A stretch of DNA of 64,000 nucleotides, taken from positions 62,001 to 126,000 of the forward strand of contig CAJFCJ010000025.1 of NCBI GenBank assembly GCA_904063045.1. Direction: 5' to 3'. This DNA is from Dimorphilus gyrociliatus (taxonomy: Eukaryota; Animalia; Annelida). The notes under the pieces are model-generated. The model ran no database searches. It saw only the letters and a list, made by a program, of their open reading frames with translations, and was not told where the DNA came from. Positions 39,458-51,559 of this stretch are shown here, piece by piece; position 1 is the stretch's first letter, and every line of letters starts with the position of its first letter. A program made the translations under genes and the position numbers.

Positions 39458-42246
39458 TTACACTTCCTCTTTGTCTTCCTCCATGATCAAATACGTCATT
39501 TCCTCCCCCTCTTCCCTACATTTCGAGTTCTTCTTCCGGTAATATATTGCCATAGCAACGTAAACAGCCATCATAACTATCATATTTAGTGACAAGTAAT
39601 AACCGAAAACTGCAACCGTGAAATGAACATTTGCTTTGTCGTGCCTATCCCAATTCGGATTCGGATCGTTTCCTGAAATATTTTATTACTATTATTATTA
39701 TTATATAATAAAAGATATATATATATAAATAGATATTGATTCGATATACTCTATGATTTATTCAGAGACGCATATAATAGAAATTCTACCAAAAAGGCTA
39801 TATATTAGGGAATGAGATTATGAAAGTGGGAGGAGAGGGCAGGGGAGTGAGAGAGACAGACAGACAGACAGAAAGAGCGAACAAATTTGTTTTATTTTGC
39901 GCTCTCTCCATAGATGGCTCCACCTTATATAGCAGATAAAAAGCAGGGAAAACAATATAGGAAACCATAAATATATCAGAGAGATAGAGATATATTAGCA
40001 AATTGATGCATTTATAAATAGAATCAAGGATCTGGAAAATTACTCTTATAAAGAACATAAATAATTTTCTAATTGCAGTATAGAATTAATTGAAAATGAG
40101 GAAGTTTATTAATTAAAACTTGTAGGTTTTCTTGGTTTGTTATTTGTTTTTCCCACCTTAATAAATAGGAATTATAGAAATATTAAGAAATTCTTTCTAT
40201 TCAAACTCCTTTTTTCACTTGTAAAGGATGTAACATGCTGAAATATTTGTTTTCCTTTATTTACAGAATCCTTTAGATAATATTTATCGTTTAAACGCTT
40301 GATTAAATAAGATAGAGTTGCATTTGGTGGGAAGGTCAAAGGTGAATGATTGACAAAGGTATTCATGGTGCCAAAATATATAGACAGAAAGAGAGACAGA
40401 GACAGATATAGAGAGAAAAATACTGTCCAAAAACTGGTAAAAAAACTATCTAGACTTTATTTCCTCTGTATTAAAGTTAACAGATAAGAATAGAATATTT
40501 ATTTGACAATTTTTCTATCAATACATTTGGTCATCTTAAGCGTTAAATTTTATTGAATGTTATTTAAAACAAAACGGAAATTGCATACTTAGATAACTTT
40601 GATTACTTTTGAAGAATTCATAAATAAGTTATGAATATACTTGTCATCATATTTATGTTATATTAAAAAATAGCGAATGTCTTTTTAGGGAGGATATAAC
40701 AACTATTTTTAGCACAAATATTTAGTATAAAATTCTTAAATATTATTAATCTTAAAGGCTAAAGTTTGCTTTAAACAGGCCATTTTGATGTTAAAACTAA
40801 GATAAGAATTTGCTTTGAAAATGACATACTACATAAAAAATGTATGATAAAATTTTGTCAAGTCTGTATTTTTTCTTACATGCTCCAATGACAAACTTGA
40901 AAATTCAAATAAAGAATCCTTAACCGATTTTTACAGCACTAATGATTAATAAATTAGACTTTTCATATCTAACTGTTTGATTAATAAATAAAAAACTTGT
41001 ATCAGACAAGTGTTAGTCATAGATTTTCTCTGGTTCTTTCTCTCTCTTGCTCCCTCTCTCGCTCTTTAAGAGTTAAAAATATTATTTAATATTTTTATAT
41101 GAGTATCTACTGACTCATCGACAGTATTTCAAGGAATTTTGTTATCTTGTATATGTGATGCTTGTGATTCATTCAATAACCTTGTAGTTCTAATTAACCC
41201 TCCTCTTTTGGAGGTCTTTTTTTAACTTTTTATTACTTTTTTGGAATAAAGGTATAAAGCTTACCTGGAAATTTTGCTGATGGATCGTACAAGACGAAAG
41301 CCATGTGGCCAAACCAAGTACCAAGATTCATCAATGTAAATATCCTAGCAACAGTAATCATAAAATTCTTAGGATTCCAATATTCTAGAATCGTAAAAAT
41401 TGCACAAGCATAGATGATGTGAACTGGTAGATTGTGAATGATTGTTTCCAAGGGTGGCTTTCCTTCCATAGAGGCGTGATAGGAGAACGAAGTTCCATAC
41501 CAAGAAAATGCTAGACCGGCACTAACATATGAGAAACTTTTCGGTATTTGTGTCTTTTTAAAGTAAGTGAGAAGGTCAATTAATGAGTGTATAGCAAAGA
41601 TTAAGTAAATAGATATATGTTGAAGATGATTTAAGAAGCGGAAGTGGCCATCTTTAACAAAACGAAAACCATCACCAAATTCTGCCAATCCAGCTATTTA
41701 AAAGAAATGAAATTTATATAATAAATTAAAACTGTTTTTCTAAAATAAATATAAATATTTAGAGCGTTTAACCTAGTTTACGTGAGAAATTTTATTTATG
41801 ACCTTATGTTTCTTATTCTATAATTCTATAATTTATAGCATATTTGTTGATATCGTTATCATAATCATAATTAAGTATTGCTATTAACGAAAGCAAATTT
41901 GCAAAGTTATTTGAAGGTTATGAATCGTTATCCTAACTATAACAATTCAATAAACGGTTCAAATATAAATGAATTTGAAATATACTTACCAGCAGTAAGA
42001 AAAAAGAACTTTAAACTGCTTTCAATTGGAATTTCTCTATTACAAACTGAACTTGAAAAGCTATATCCTGTTGAACGATAATTCTTTCCTTTCTATACAT
42101 GAATATATGCAATTGTTGATTTTCTTTTTGCTATTATTATTGCTAATTCTTACTTGAAAATATTGAGGAAATGTCTTCCAAATCCACCAAAAAGATATAA
42201 TTATAAAGAAAAAAGCCTCATCCAGATGTCCGAAGAAAGAACCCAT
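39458..42246 (-). CDS. TMEM45: TMEM45 family multi-pass membrane protein, 279 aa
   Basis: Exons 42154-42246 (MGSFFGHL...), 41990-42092, 41265-41693 (NHLQHISIY, YHA, HNL, GTWFGHMAFVLY) and 39458-39672 (GNDPNPNWDRHDKANVHF...EEDKEEV*). The last exon is absent from the ORF track. The exons join in frame (840 nt). Confidence 0.88.
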
Positions 42247-43366
42247 ATTCCTTTATTTATATTCCTTTTACTTGCTTCTGCTATAGTGAAGAAAGATAGT
42301 GGAGATTGTTGTTGGAGCTAGCTACGAATACAATTAAAAGTAGTTTTGTTTTATTAACTTGGGCTTTATTTATATGAATATTCATTATGTTAGATGCGAT
42401 AAGACACAGTACTTATCATAAATTTTCCTTAAAAGTTTCTTTTTACCTTTATCAATCAGGTGATTAGAAAATCCCTCTCTGAAAATGACAATCAACTTAT
42501 TTTCTCTTAAATTCTTTTGCTAATATATTAAATACTGCATTTTATTTAACTTTAATATATATATATATAACATACAAACTTATCTTTAGTTGATTAATCA
42601 CACTTTGAAAAACTATGGTAGCTTGGACAGTACAGTATTGTAAGGCAATGACTAATAGTGAGACGTATCTATATATATATATGTTAGTATGCATGTGTGT
42701 ATCGTTATCTGTGCTTTATCTTATCAAGCTTTTTTTGTTTCTCATCTCTTTCTCTTTCTCCAATCGGCATAGAGATATCAGGTAACAGAATGATTCATAG
42801 TATTGATCTTTACATAGAATGTTTTATAACTGTCATACGTCTTACAGATTTTAAATATCTTTGCCTCAGAAAGTGATTCAAGACAGTTTCTTGAAAAATT
42901 AACAATATCTTCTTTTAAATTCTCTATTTTTTTTCATATTTTGTTGAATGCGTGTTCATTTTATTCCCTTATTTCTTTTAGTATCATCTTTTTATGTATT
43001 TGTTATGTTACAGCTCAATGAAGTGCGAATGATAAATCAATTTATTTGCTATATAAAAGCTTAATATATATATATATAATAAGAAGAATAGTGTTGTTCT
43101 TGTAAGTTTTATGTCAAACATATAGGCATAGTTGTTCTTTAATAAACAGATGTTCTTATCGACAAAAAAAGTTATTAACGAATGAAATATTTTTTGGCAA
43201 AAAATTCAGATTTGCACCAGTTTAGCCTGAACAAATTGAAGCAGGTCTATTTAATGTCTTCAAGGAATATGTGATAGCTGTCACAATAACATATATTGGA
43301 AGAAGATAAAACTATATATACTCCAATATAAATATTTAACACCTTTCACTACATCAAAGAAAGAAA

Positions 43367-46300
43367 ATGATCTTGACGGAAAAAAATGTTCTACTTTTGT
43401 ATCGACTATGTCTAACTCTTTCTTTAGCACAAGGTAAGTAATACAAGTATTCTTTTATGTCGCGTATGCGGAACAAAGAAATTTATAATAGTTCTCTATT
43501 TATACTATTCTTTAATATAATCTAATAAGAAATAATATTGAGATTTACAGTATTTCCAGTTTTGATATCTAATCTGTATACATATCTTATAGCATTTCTT
43601 AATAATCGTTTAATATGTATTTTCAGTTGGCATAGGCGTCCACCGATATATAAAAGTTACTACAGTATTGGAACATCGTTTTGAAAACATCACGTTTTCT
43701 ATAGTTGAAAGGATTGGATTTAACATTTCTTGCCATGCTAATGATGATATCTCTTCAAAGTTGTATAGGAATTCACCGACGCTAGTTAAAGTAGGATGTT
43801 CTTATGGAAGTGCATATATAGTAAGCAAAGACAACACATATGGTTCAAAATTGCCAAATATCTCCGTACCTGCATCATTCAATGAAGACACATTGATAAC
43901 AACATTTTATATTAAAGAAGATAGTCTAGAAAAGATTGAACGGGAAGTTGAATTATTTAACTCAACGATATCAGAGTGTTGGCTTCAATGCGAATTTTTT
44001 GACAAAAACTTACAAACCTACGGAAATACAGTTCATATTTTACCAATTCGTATGTATAATTTGATTATACACTATGTGAATACTCTTCGTGTGCATTTGT
44101 CCTAATTCATTTGTACTTTTCCTATACATAGGCCAACCGGTAATTGAAGATTGTTTCATAGAAGATTTCCAGAGGTTGGTTTGCAAATGGAATTCTGGAT
44201 TAGATAAGAAAGCACCGTATTTTAACCGTACTGAAATTGGATTTACTTACGGGTAACTATTTCTTTGTTTTTCTATATTTAGTTTATCTTCATAGATATG
44301 TATGCCACTAGTCCTGATCACTTACAAAAACAAGATAGGGGCTCAATTCGCAAAAATTTTTGCAAAGAAATAGAATGCTCAAAGTATAAAAAAGATACAT
44401 ATCTAAAAGGGAATGAACTGTGGTGGGGTAAAGCAGTATATTACGCAAGAAATTACTCGATATGCATCTGCATAAAGACAATCTACAACCAAGCGTTAAT
44501 TTATATTATACCAACGGAATATCCTGGTTCGATAACGTTTTAACTTTTGTCTTTTGTTATTTTCTACTAATAAGATATTCATTTTTTTAAATTTTAATCC
44601 ATCATCATATCAAAACACTAGACTATTTCGACTTACATACATAATTCTTTTTCTATATTTTACAAATCAGCTTAAGGTAGCAAAAAACACCAATTATTTT
44701 CAATACTATAAATAATCGTTTCTTTATTTTTTACTAATATTGAGTTTGAAATTAAATTAACAGTTTATACAGTAGTATCAAGTTTGATTGTGTCTTTTTT
44801 TTCTAGGCCATAAGATTGGAACATTTGATTTAACTAATGGTTTTTATACTTTATAACTCTTTCGCATTAACAGCTTTACAGAACCTTTTCCCGCTAAAAT
44901 ATTCGCATTCGACACCATTGAGAGTAAACTGTTCATTTGTGAATTGTTAAAGAACTCTCGCACTTGTATTGGTAATATAGTTGAGATGAATACCAGCGAT
45001 TTAGGTAGTTTCTTCAAAATAATAGCAAAATATTTCCTCCTAGCAAAGCTATCTTCACTTAACGGCAAAATAAAACAAATATACATATATTTAATGCTGC
45101 TATATGTATATTTGCAAACAATAAATAATCTACTTAACAACTATTTAAGCTAATGTCCAATTTATAAACAATTGTATATATGCTATAAATTCTATCCTAA
45201 TTTTTCAGCTACTCTTCCACTGTCAATCCACCATATGACATCAATTACTATAGAGATTCCTTTCTATCTGTATATTATTTCAAGGGTAGAAATATTTCGC
45301 AATCATTTGATTTACCCAGCCGATTTAAAAATCCGCAGTGGGCTAATTTCCCTGAAGGTAATAATAATCCCCGTTACAAAAACGTATTTTGCGAAAATTC
45401 TAATTGATTTTAATGCTGCTTCCAAATGTCGAAATTATTTTCTCAAGTCTTATTTCCCTTTTGAAATGTTATGTAGAATGATTTATATAATTATTATTTT
45501 TAATATATTGAAATTACTATAGAGAATTATACAAGTGCGGTTGCCAAATTGAAACTACAGAGATCCTTTATCAAGAAGGTCACTATTACTGTAAAGTTCC
45601 CTGTCAATATAAAAATCCAGGCAAAATGTGTCGGAACAACACACGTTTTCTCAACATATCTTTTAAAGAACGTGGTATACTTTTTTCTAGTTTGAATCAA
45701 GAAATGCATGCAGCCTTCCAATAAGTTTACTCTTTCAATTAAAGGATTTGTTATGTTTATTTATGCATCAAATTTTTAAAGACTATAAATAGCATGGGCT
45801 ACGTGATCTTTTCCATATAGAATTACTGTTTCTCTTTCTAAATGGTTTAAACGATTCAAAAGTGTTCCTTATTTCAACGCTTAACAAACGCTTCTTTTAA
45901 AACAGCTAATTTGCATTTTCCAACATCTAAACAAGTTAACACTAACTATATATATAATATTCTTATACAAGCTAAAACTCTTTTTATATTTATCTCCATA
46001 AAGTTGTTCCTGGAAAACCACAAATGAATATCACTGAGGGACAAACAGATGTTTTGCTCATGGTAAATGGATCTAAAGGAATACATTATTATTGTGCAAA
46101 TGACAATTGTACTGAAGAATACATGTACCCTAAAGTATATTTCAAAATAGTATGCGAACTAAGTCAAAATTCTGTTGTTTTGGTAAAAAAAAACAATCAT
46201 TTATTATCTTCTTACATCATTCGTTTAATAATCATCTCTTTCGAACAGAAAAGAGAATCAAGGAATTATATTATAGGAGGCCAGCCTCAAAGAAGTTTTC

Positions 46301-47545
46301 GTTTCTCGAACTTGTTACCATATAGACAGTACAGTGTAAAATTGTATATGATACTTTATGATAAGGACTTCCGACAGAAAATAGGACAAAATGGTACAGC
46401 TCTTATTCAGAATTTTACAACAAGACAAGCAGGTGATACTTTTACTTTTCTATTTTTTATATTGCTTTCTCTTTTTTCAAAATGCTTTTTTTTAGTCTTT
46501 TTATACATTAATCCTATGTTTATAGAACCATCCGCATTACCTGAAATTCCTCCAGGAGCGTTCATTTTAGATTCTGATAGAAGGCATCTAACAATTTTGT
46601 GGAAACCTCTTCCCATTCCATTCCGAAATGGACCAATTGCACAATATTCTCTTCAAATTTCTTCTGAAAAATCTATGACCAATGTCTCTGGGGATGTAAA
46701 CTATTACAAATTTAAAAATCTAACTACAACAAATCCTTCTATAAAAGTGATTGGGTTTACGAAAACACAACAAATATCTCCTCTTCTAAATAACTCTGAT
46801 CATCAATTTAACCTCTCAAAAGGTAAAATATTTCTCTTTATATTTGCAATTCTTAATCTATAAAGATGATTATTTCATAATTTAGTTTCGTATGATAAAG
46901 AAAAAAGCTGCTTCTCTGTTAATAAAACTTCGAATGGAAATCGAAAAATTGATTGGAAAATACCAGGCATTAAAGTTTCCAGATATGTAATTTATTATTG
47001 TATTGTCGAAGGACCCGAAGCTTTAATATCAGAAGGCTGTATAGTAAGCAATGACAGCGATTGGTATGGTCTCAAAACAATAATTGTATCGAATACAACA
47101 AATTTTCTTGTAATGAATGAATCTCTATTCATGGAAGATAAGATATACGATTTTGGAGTTTCTGGGGATAAATTCCTTAACGATAAATGGCATAGTACTG
47201 GATTAATACCATCAACCTGCCTTAATAGAACTCAATCAGACTATAAAGGTAAGTCACGAAATTGTTAGAGAAGAATTTCCATTGTTATTTTACGTCGTTT
47301 GTTATTGTATGCTTTAACAGTGGAAACGGCAGACCAATCTTCATATCTTTGGATTCTTACAATTTTTTTTATTATACCGATTGTAGGATTTGTACAATTT
47401 ATTAAAAGGTTTGTAAGCGTATTTCTTTTTTTATACAAGATATAGAATAAAAAACATGTATTTTCAATTTTGTAGGTTAACGAGAGAATTCAAGACAGAT
47501 CCGATGATGAAGGAGAATTTGGGCAAGCTGTTAGATAAAAATTAA
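43367..47545 (+). CDS. Domeless/gp130-like type I cytokine receptor A with a short (~23 aa) cytoplasmic tail
   Basis: Signal exon 43367-43433; Ig-like exon 43627-44049; CHR exon 44132-44252 (CFIEDFQRLVCKW); FN3 exons 46004-46134 and 46249-46432 (LLPYRQYSV); 46526-46822 (LTILWKPLPIPFRNGPIAQY); 46886-47248 (YVIYYC...C...W...YDFGVS...STGL..STC); TM exon 47321-47408; tail exon 47476-47545. Exons between 44312 and ~45700 are only partly resolved. Confidence 0.78.
46504..47528 (+). repeat. ~1.02 kb segmental duplicate, copy 1 (exons and introns of receptor A)
   Basis: Colinear with 49856-50880 at a constant 3352-bp offset with no indels. I count 6 substitutions in the first ~980 bp and ~7 more in the last ~45 bp. 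Confidence 0.97.
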
Positions 47546-48082
47546 AACGCCATTTTTTTTTATATCATTCAATCAATCAACTATTAGCCTCATTCGAAAT
47601 AATCTATATTCAAGCGAATTAAAGAAAAAATTGTAAATTTGTATTAGTATTGTAAAGACAATTGTTTATATGTACTATATTATATCTTGTTTATATGAGT
47701 TTACTCATTTTCTTAAATATTGTTTTGTTTTTCTATTGTTGATACTGTTTATAATGTTTTCTATTAGCGCAAAAGACGATTTCAAAATAGACCTTTGCGA
47801 TTAATTGGAACAAATAAAGTTATCTATTTTAATTATTCTTATGAAAAGGTTTTTTATTATATGGACGAAATGAGAATTTCCAAGCAATCGTATCGAAATA
47901 CATTCGGGTAGATACATTTTTATTTGCAATGTCCCTTAACGATTTCAGATTTTGTTTACGAGTTTCTATAGTATTATTTATTACAGCAGCTTGTTGTAAG
48001 CTTCGCAATACTTGAACAGATATTTTAATTGAATAGCTCTATTGAAAATGATTTTTGATAGAATACTTTCCAACTAAAGTTT

Positions 48083-48086
<4 letters not shown>

Positions 48087-48121
<35 letters not shown>
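48087..48121. repeat. (TA)n microsatellite upstream of receptor B
   Basis: Seen directly. Confidence 0.95.
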
Positions 48122-48124
<3 letters not shown>

Positions 48125-48215
48125 TGTTCATACATTTGCCAAATCATAGTCTAAGGACAAACTTAATAGACAAGAAACAAAAATAGATAATTTCGAAATG
48201 ATAACTTCATAATAA

Positions 48216-51026
48216 ATGTGTAAAGATAAAGGCATATTTAACGGTTATGTAATAACCTGGACTGTTTTTAATATACTTCAATACGGTAAGTACTCAAGTT
48301 TCTTTCAAATTATAACAAAATGTATTTCTATGTTTGTTTATGTAATTTGCGTTTTGTTTTTATTTGACAAATTACATTTTATTACACGATGTTATTTTGT
48401 TCCTTTAGGATGTTATTTGCAATTATCGAAAGGTTCAAAAATTTCGACTACCTTTCCAAACATCTTCTATAATTCATCAAATACTGTTATTGTATTAAAC
48501 GAATTCTTAGTATCCTGTTCAGAATACTCAACTGACAAACTAAACTTGAAATATTCAGTTGAAATTGTTATTGATTGTCCAACTAAATCTCTCTATCTAC
48601 AAGGAAACGATAACCTATATCCATTGTTTAGAAATGAGAGCCTATATATACAAACCATTGACAAAGGTTACACATCAACATTCCATGTTTCTCCAACTAA
48701 TTTAATTGCCATAAAATTACTATTAAATCAACAACTTGAATCGTTTCAATGTACAATTTATTGTCAAATGAATGATAGTAATGGATATTTATCAAAGGGA
48801 GAGATTTTTAAGATTCTACCTCTAGGTAAGTTGACAACACTGGTATATATATATTTCATTGAATTATTATATTGTCTTCCACGTCTTAATTAGGAATACC
48901 AAAATTAGAAAATTGTATATTAAACGATATGGTTTCAATTTATTGCTCTTGGAAATCAAATTTAGATAATACGTTAATACCAATGAAATTAAAGCAAGCT
49001 ATAATCGATAAGATTACAAGAGAAATTACGTAAATATTTCAAATATATTCAATATTCAATCCTTTATATTGTAATTTTACATATTTTATTTATAGTTGCG
49101 ATAGAGGTAATTTTGCATACGTACCTATTTTATCTACGCAAGATTTGCTCATTTGTAATTGGGAATATATGTCACAAATTGGCTATAATGCGATACGATG
49201 GAACCGAACACAAACTTTATTGATTGTTTACGATGGTAAAAAATTAATTACAACTCCAAGTTAGTTATCTAATATTCTTTTTATAGATAAAATGATTATT
49301 TAATTTTCCTTTTACAGTTCTTTTTCCACAACCTCAAATCGAATCTAACAAATATTGTATTAAAGAGTCAAGTAATAGTCTTACCCTATCAGTTGGTTTA
49401 GCTTTTAGTGAAGGAATAAACTTTATTTGCAAATTCTATCCAAAGATCGACCCACCGCAATTGGAATTTTATGCCATATCAATTCTAAAATCTCAATGGA
49501 ATACAGAGGTATTTATGCCTTGACCGCTTTTTTCTTTAAAATTTACTAACCGCTAATTTTTCATTGAATTAATAGTTTTTTATTGTTTTTTCTTTTTGTT
49601 TTCTTTCCTTTTGCTAACAAAGATTCATAAATTTCTCATGGTTTGTCCTCAATTTTGCGGCAACGAATCTTCACGAAACACTGCTCTATACTTTGAACAT
49701 AAAAATCTTCGCTATAATACGAATTATTCATCAATTATGTATTTCAAAACAAAATACTATCCAGGTGTCACTGAAAAATTCCTTACGAATTTGACAGCAA
49801 AGGAATTACACACAAGAATATCTGGTAATCATAATTCCTTTTATTCATACTTTTTTACATTAATCCTATGTTTATAGAACCATCCGCATTACCTGAAATT
49901 CCTCCAGGAGCGTTCATTTTAGATTCTGATAGAAGGCATCTAACAATTTTGTGGAAACCTCTTCCCATTCCATTCCGAAATGGACCAATTGCACAATATT
50001 CTCTTCAAATTTCTTCTGAAAAATCTATGACCAATGTCTCTGGGGATGTAAACTATTACAAATTTAAAAATCTAACTACAACAAATCCTTCTATAAAAGT
50101 GATTGGGTTTACGAAAACACAACAAATATCTCCTCTTCTAAATAACTCTGATCATCAATTTAACCTCTCAAAAGGTAAAATATTTCTCTTTATATTTGCA
50201 ATTCTTAATCTATAAAGATGATTATTTCATAATTTAGTTTCGTATGATAAAGAAAAAAGCTGCTTCTCTGTTAATAAAACTTCGAATGGAAATCGAAAAA
50301 TTGATTGGAAAATACCAGGCATTAAAGTTTCCAGATATGTAATTTATTATTGTATTGTCGAAGGACCCGAAGCTTTAACATCAAAAGGCTGTATAGTAAG
50401 CAATGACAGCGATTGGTATGGTCTCAAAACAATAATTGTATCGAATACAACAAATTTTCTTGTAATGAATGAATCGCTATTCATGGAAGATAAGATATAC
50501 GATTTTGGAGTTTCTGGGGATAAATTCCTTAACGATAAATGGCATAGTACTGGATTAATACCATCAACCTGCCTTAATAGAACTCAATCAGACTATAAAG
50601 GTAAGTCACGAAATTGTTAGAGAAGAATTTCCATTGTTATTTTACGTCATTTGTTATTGTATGCTTTAACAGTGGAAACGGCAGACCAACCTCCATATCT
50701 TTGGATTCTTACAATTTTTTTTATTATACCGATTGTAGGATTTGTACAATTTATTAAAAGGTTTGTAAGCGTATTTCTTTTTTTATACAAGATATAGAAT
50801 AAAAAACATGTATTTTCAATTTTGTAGGTTAACGAGAGAATACAAAACAGATCCGTTGATGCAGGAGAATTTGAGCAGGCTTGAAGAAAGAAATGCCTGT
50901 AGTATTCATAGTAAATATATATATATATACATATATTTATTTATATTAGATGTAAACCGCATGTGTTTACAGATCGACAGTCTGAGCATCTCATTGCAGA
51001 AAGTTGTGCACATGAAAATCATGTAA
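48216..51026 (+). CDS. Domeless/gp130-like type I cytokine receptor B (own N-terminus, C-terminal block shared with A), short tail
   Basis: Exons 48216-48285, 48409-48825, 48894-49029 (CILNDMVSIYCSW), 49096-49259, 49318-49508, 49623-49824, 49878-50174, 50238-50600, 50673-50760 (TM) and 50828 onward all have compatible phases with GT-AG junctions. The exact 3' end is uncertain (read-through stop at 51026, or further small exons). Confidence 0.8.
49856..50880 (+). repeat. ~1.02 kb segmental duplicate, copy 2 (exons and introns of receptor B)
   Basis: See 46504-47528. Confidence 0.97.
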
Positions 51027-51559
51027 GTAATTAGAATTGCTATTGGAGGGTTGTATCTCTTTTTAGAGAATGTTGCCAAGAGTCTGGTTTCTCTAAAAAG
51101 AAAAACTCAAAGGGTTTAGAACGCCTGATAATTTTGATATATTCTATTTTGTGATGCTATTCTCGAAATCTTAATACTGATATAAAAGTCAACAATTTTT
51201 CTTTTATATTCCGTTCGGTTCAGTCTTTTGCTGTTTACTTTTTTAAAATAAATAGAATACCCAAAAATTGTATTACGTCCTTGAGAAAGATAATGAAAGT
51301 GGAAAAGAATAAGCAAAGATAAAAAACAAGTTACATTGAAAAAAATTTGAGATAGAAAATGCATAATAGATAGAGAGAAAGGGAGACAAAGATAGGAGGA
51401 AAAAAATATAGAAAAGAGATAGAAACAAAATACTATAGTAATTATAGAAGTTTTGACATACAAATAAATGCTACACATGAAAAAAAAAAAAGGAAAAATA
51501 CTTTTGACGTTTTTTTACGTTAATAAAAATACTTCGATAACTTTAATTTTGTTTTCAAG

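Noticed and set aside
40172-40366. ORF 40172-40366 and other 60-100 aa AT-rich ORFs in 27-37 kb
   Set aside because: Intronic or intergenic, compositionally biased (F/I/L/Y/K) and with no recognisable motifs.
41233-41264. Apparent truncation of TMEM45 at FPGKLYTFIPKK*
   Set aside because: A proper final exon at 39458-39672 completes the protein.
43259-43267. STAT-type TTCAAGGAA 100 bp upstream of receptor A
   Set aside because: TTCN3GAA is expected roughly once per 3 kb at this composition, and the same 9-mer occurs at 41128 and, inverted, at 6448.
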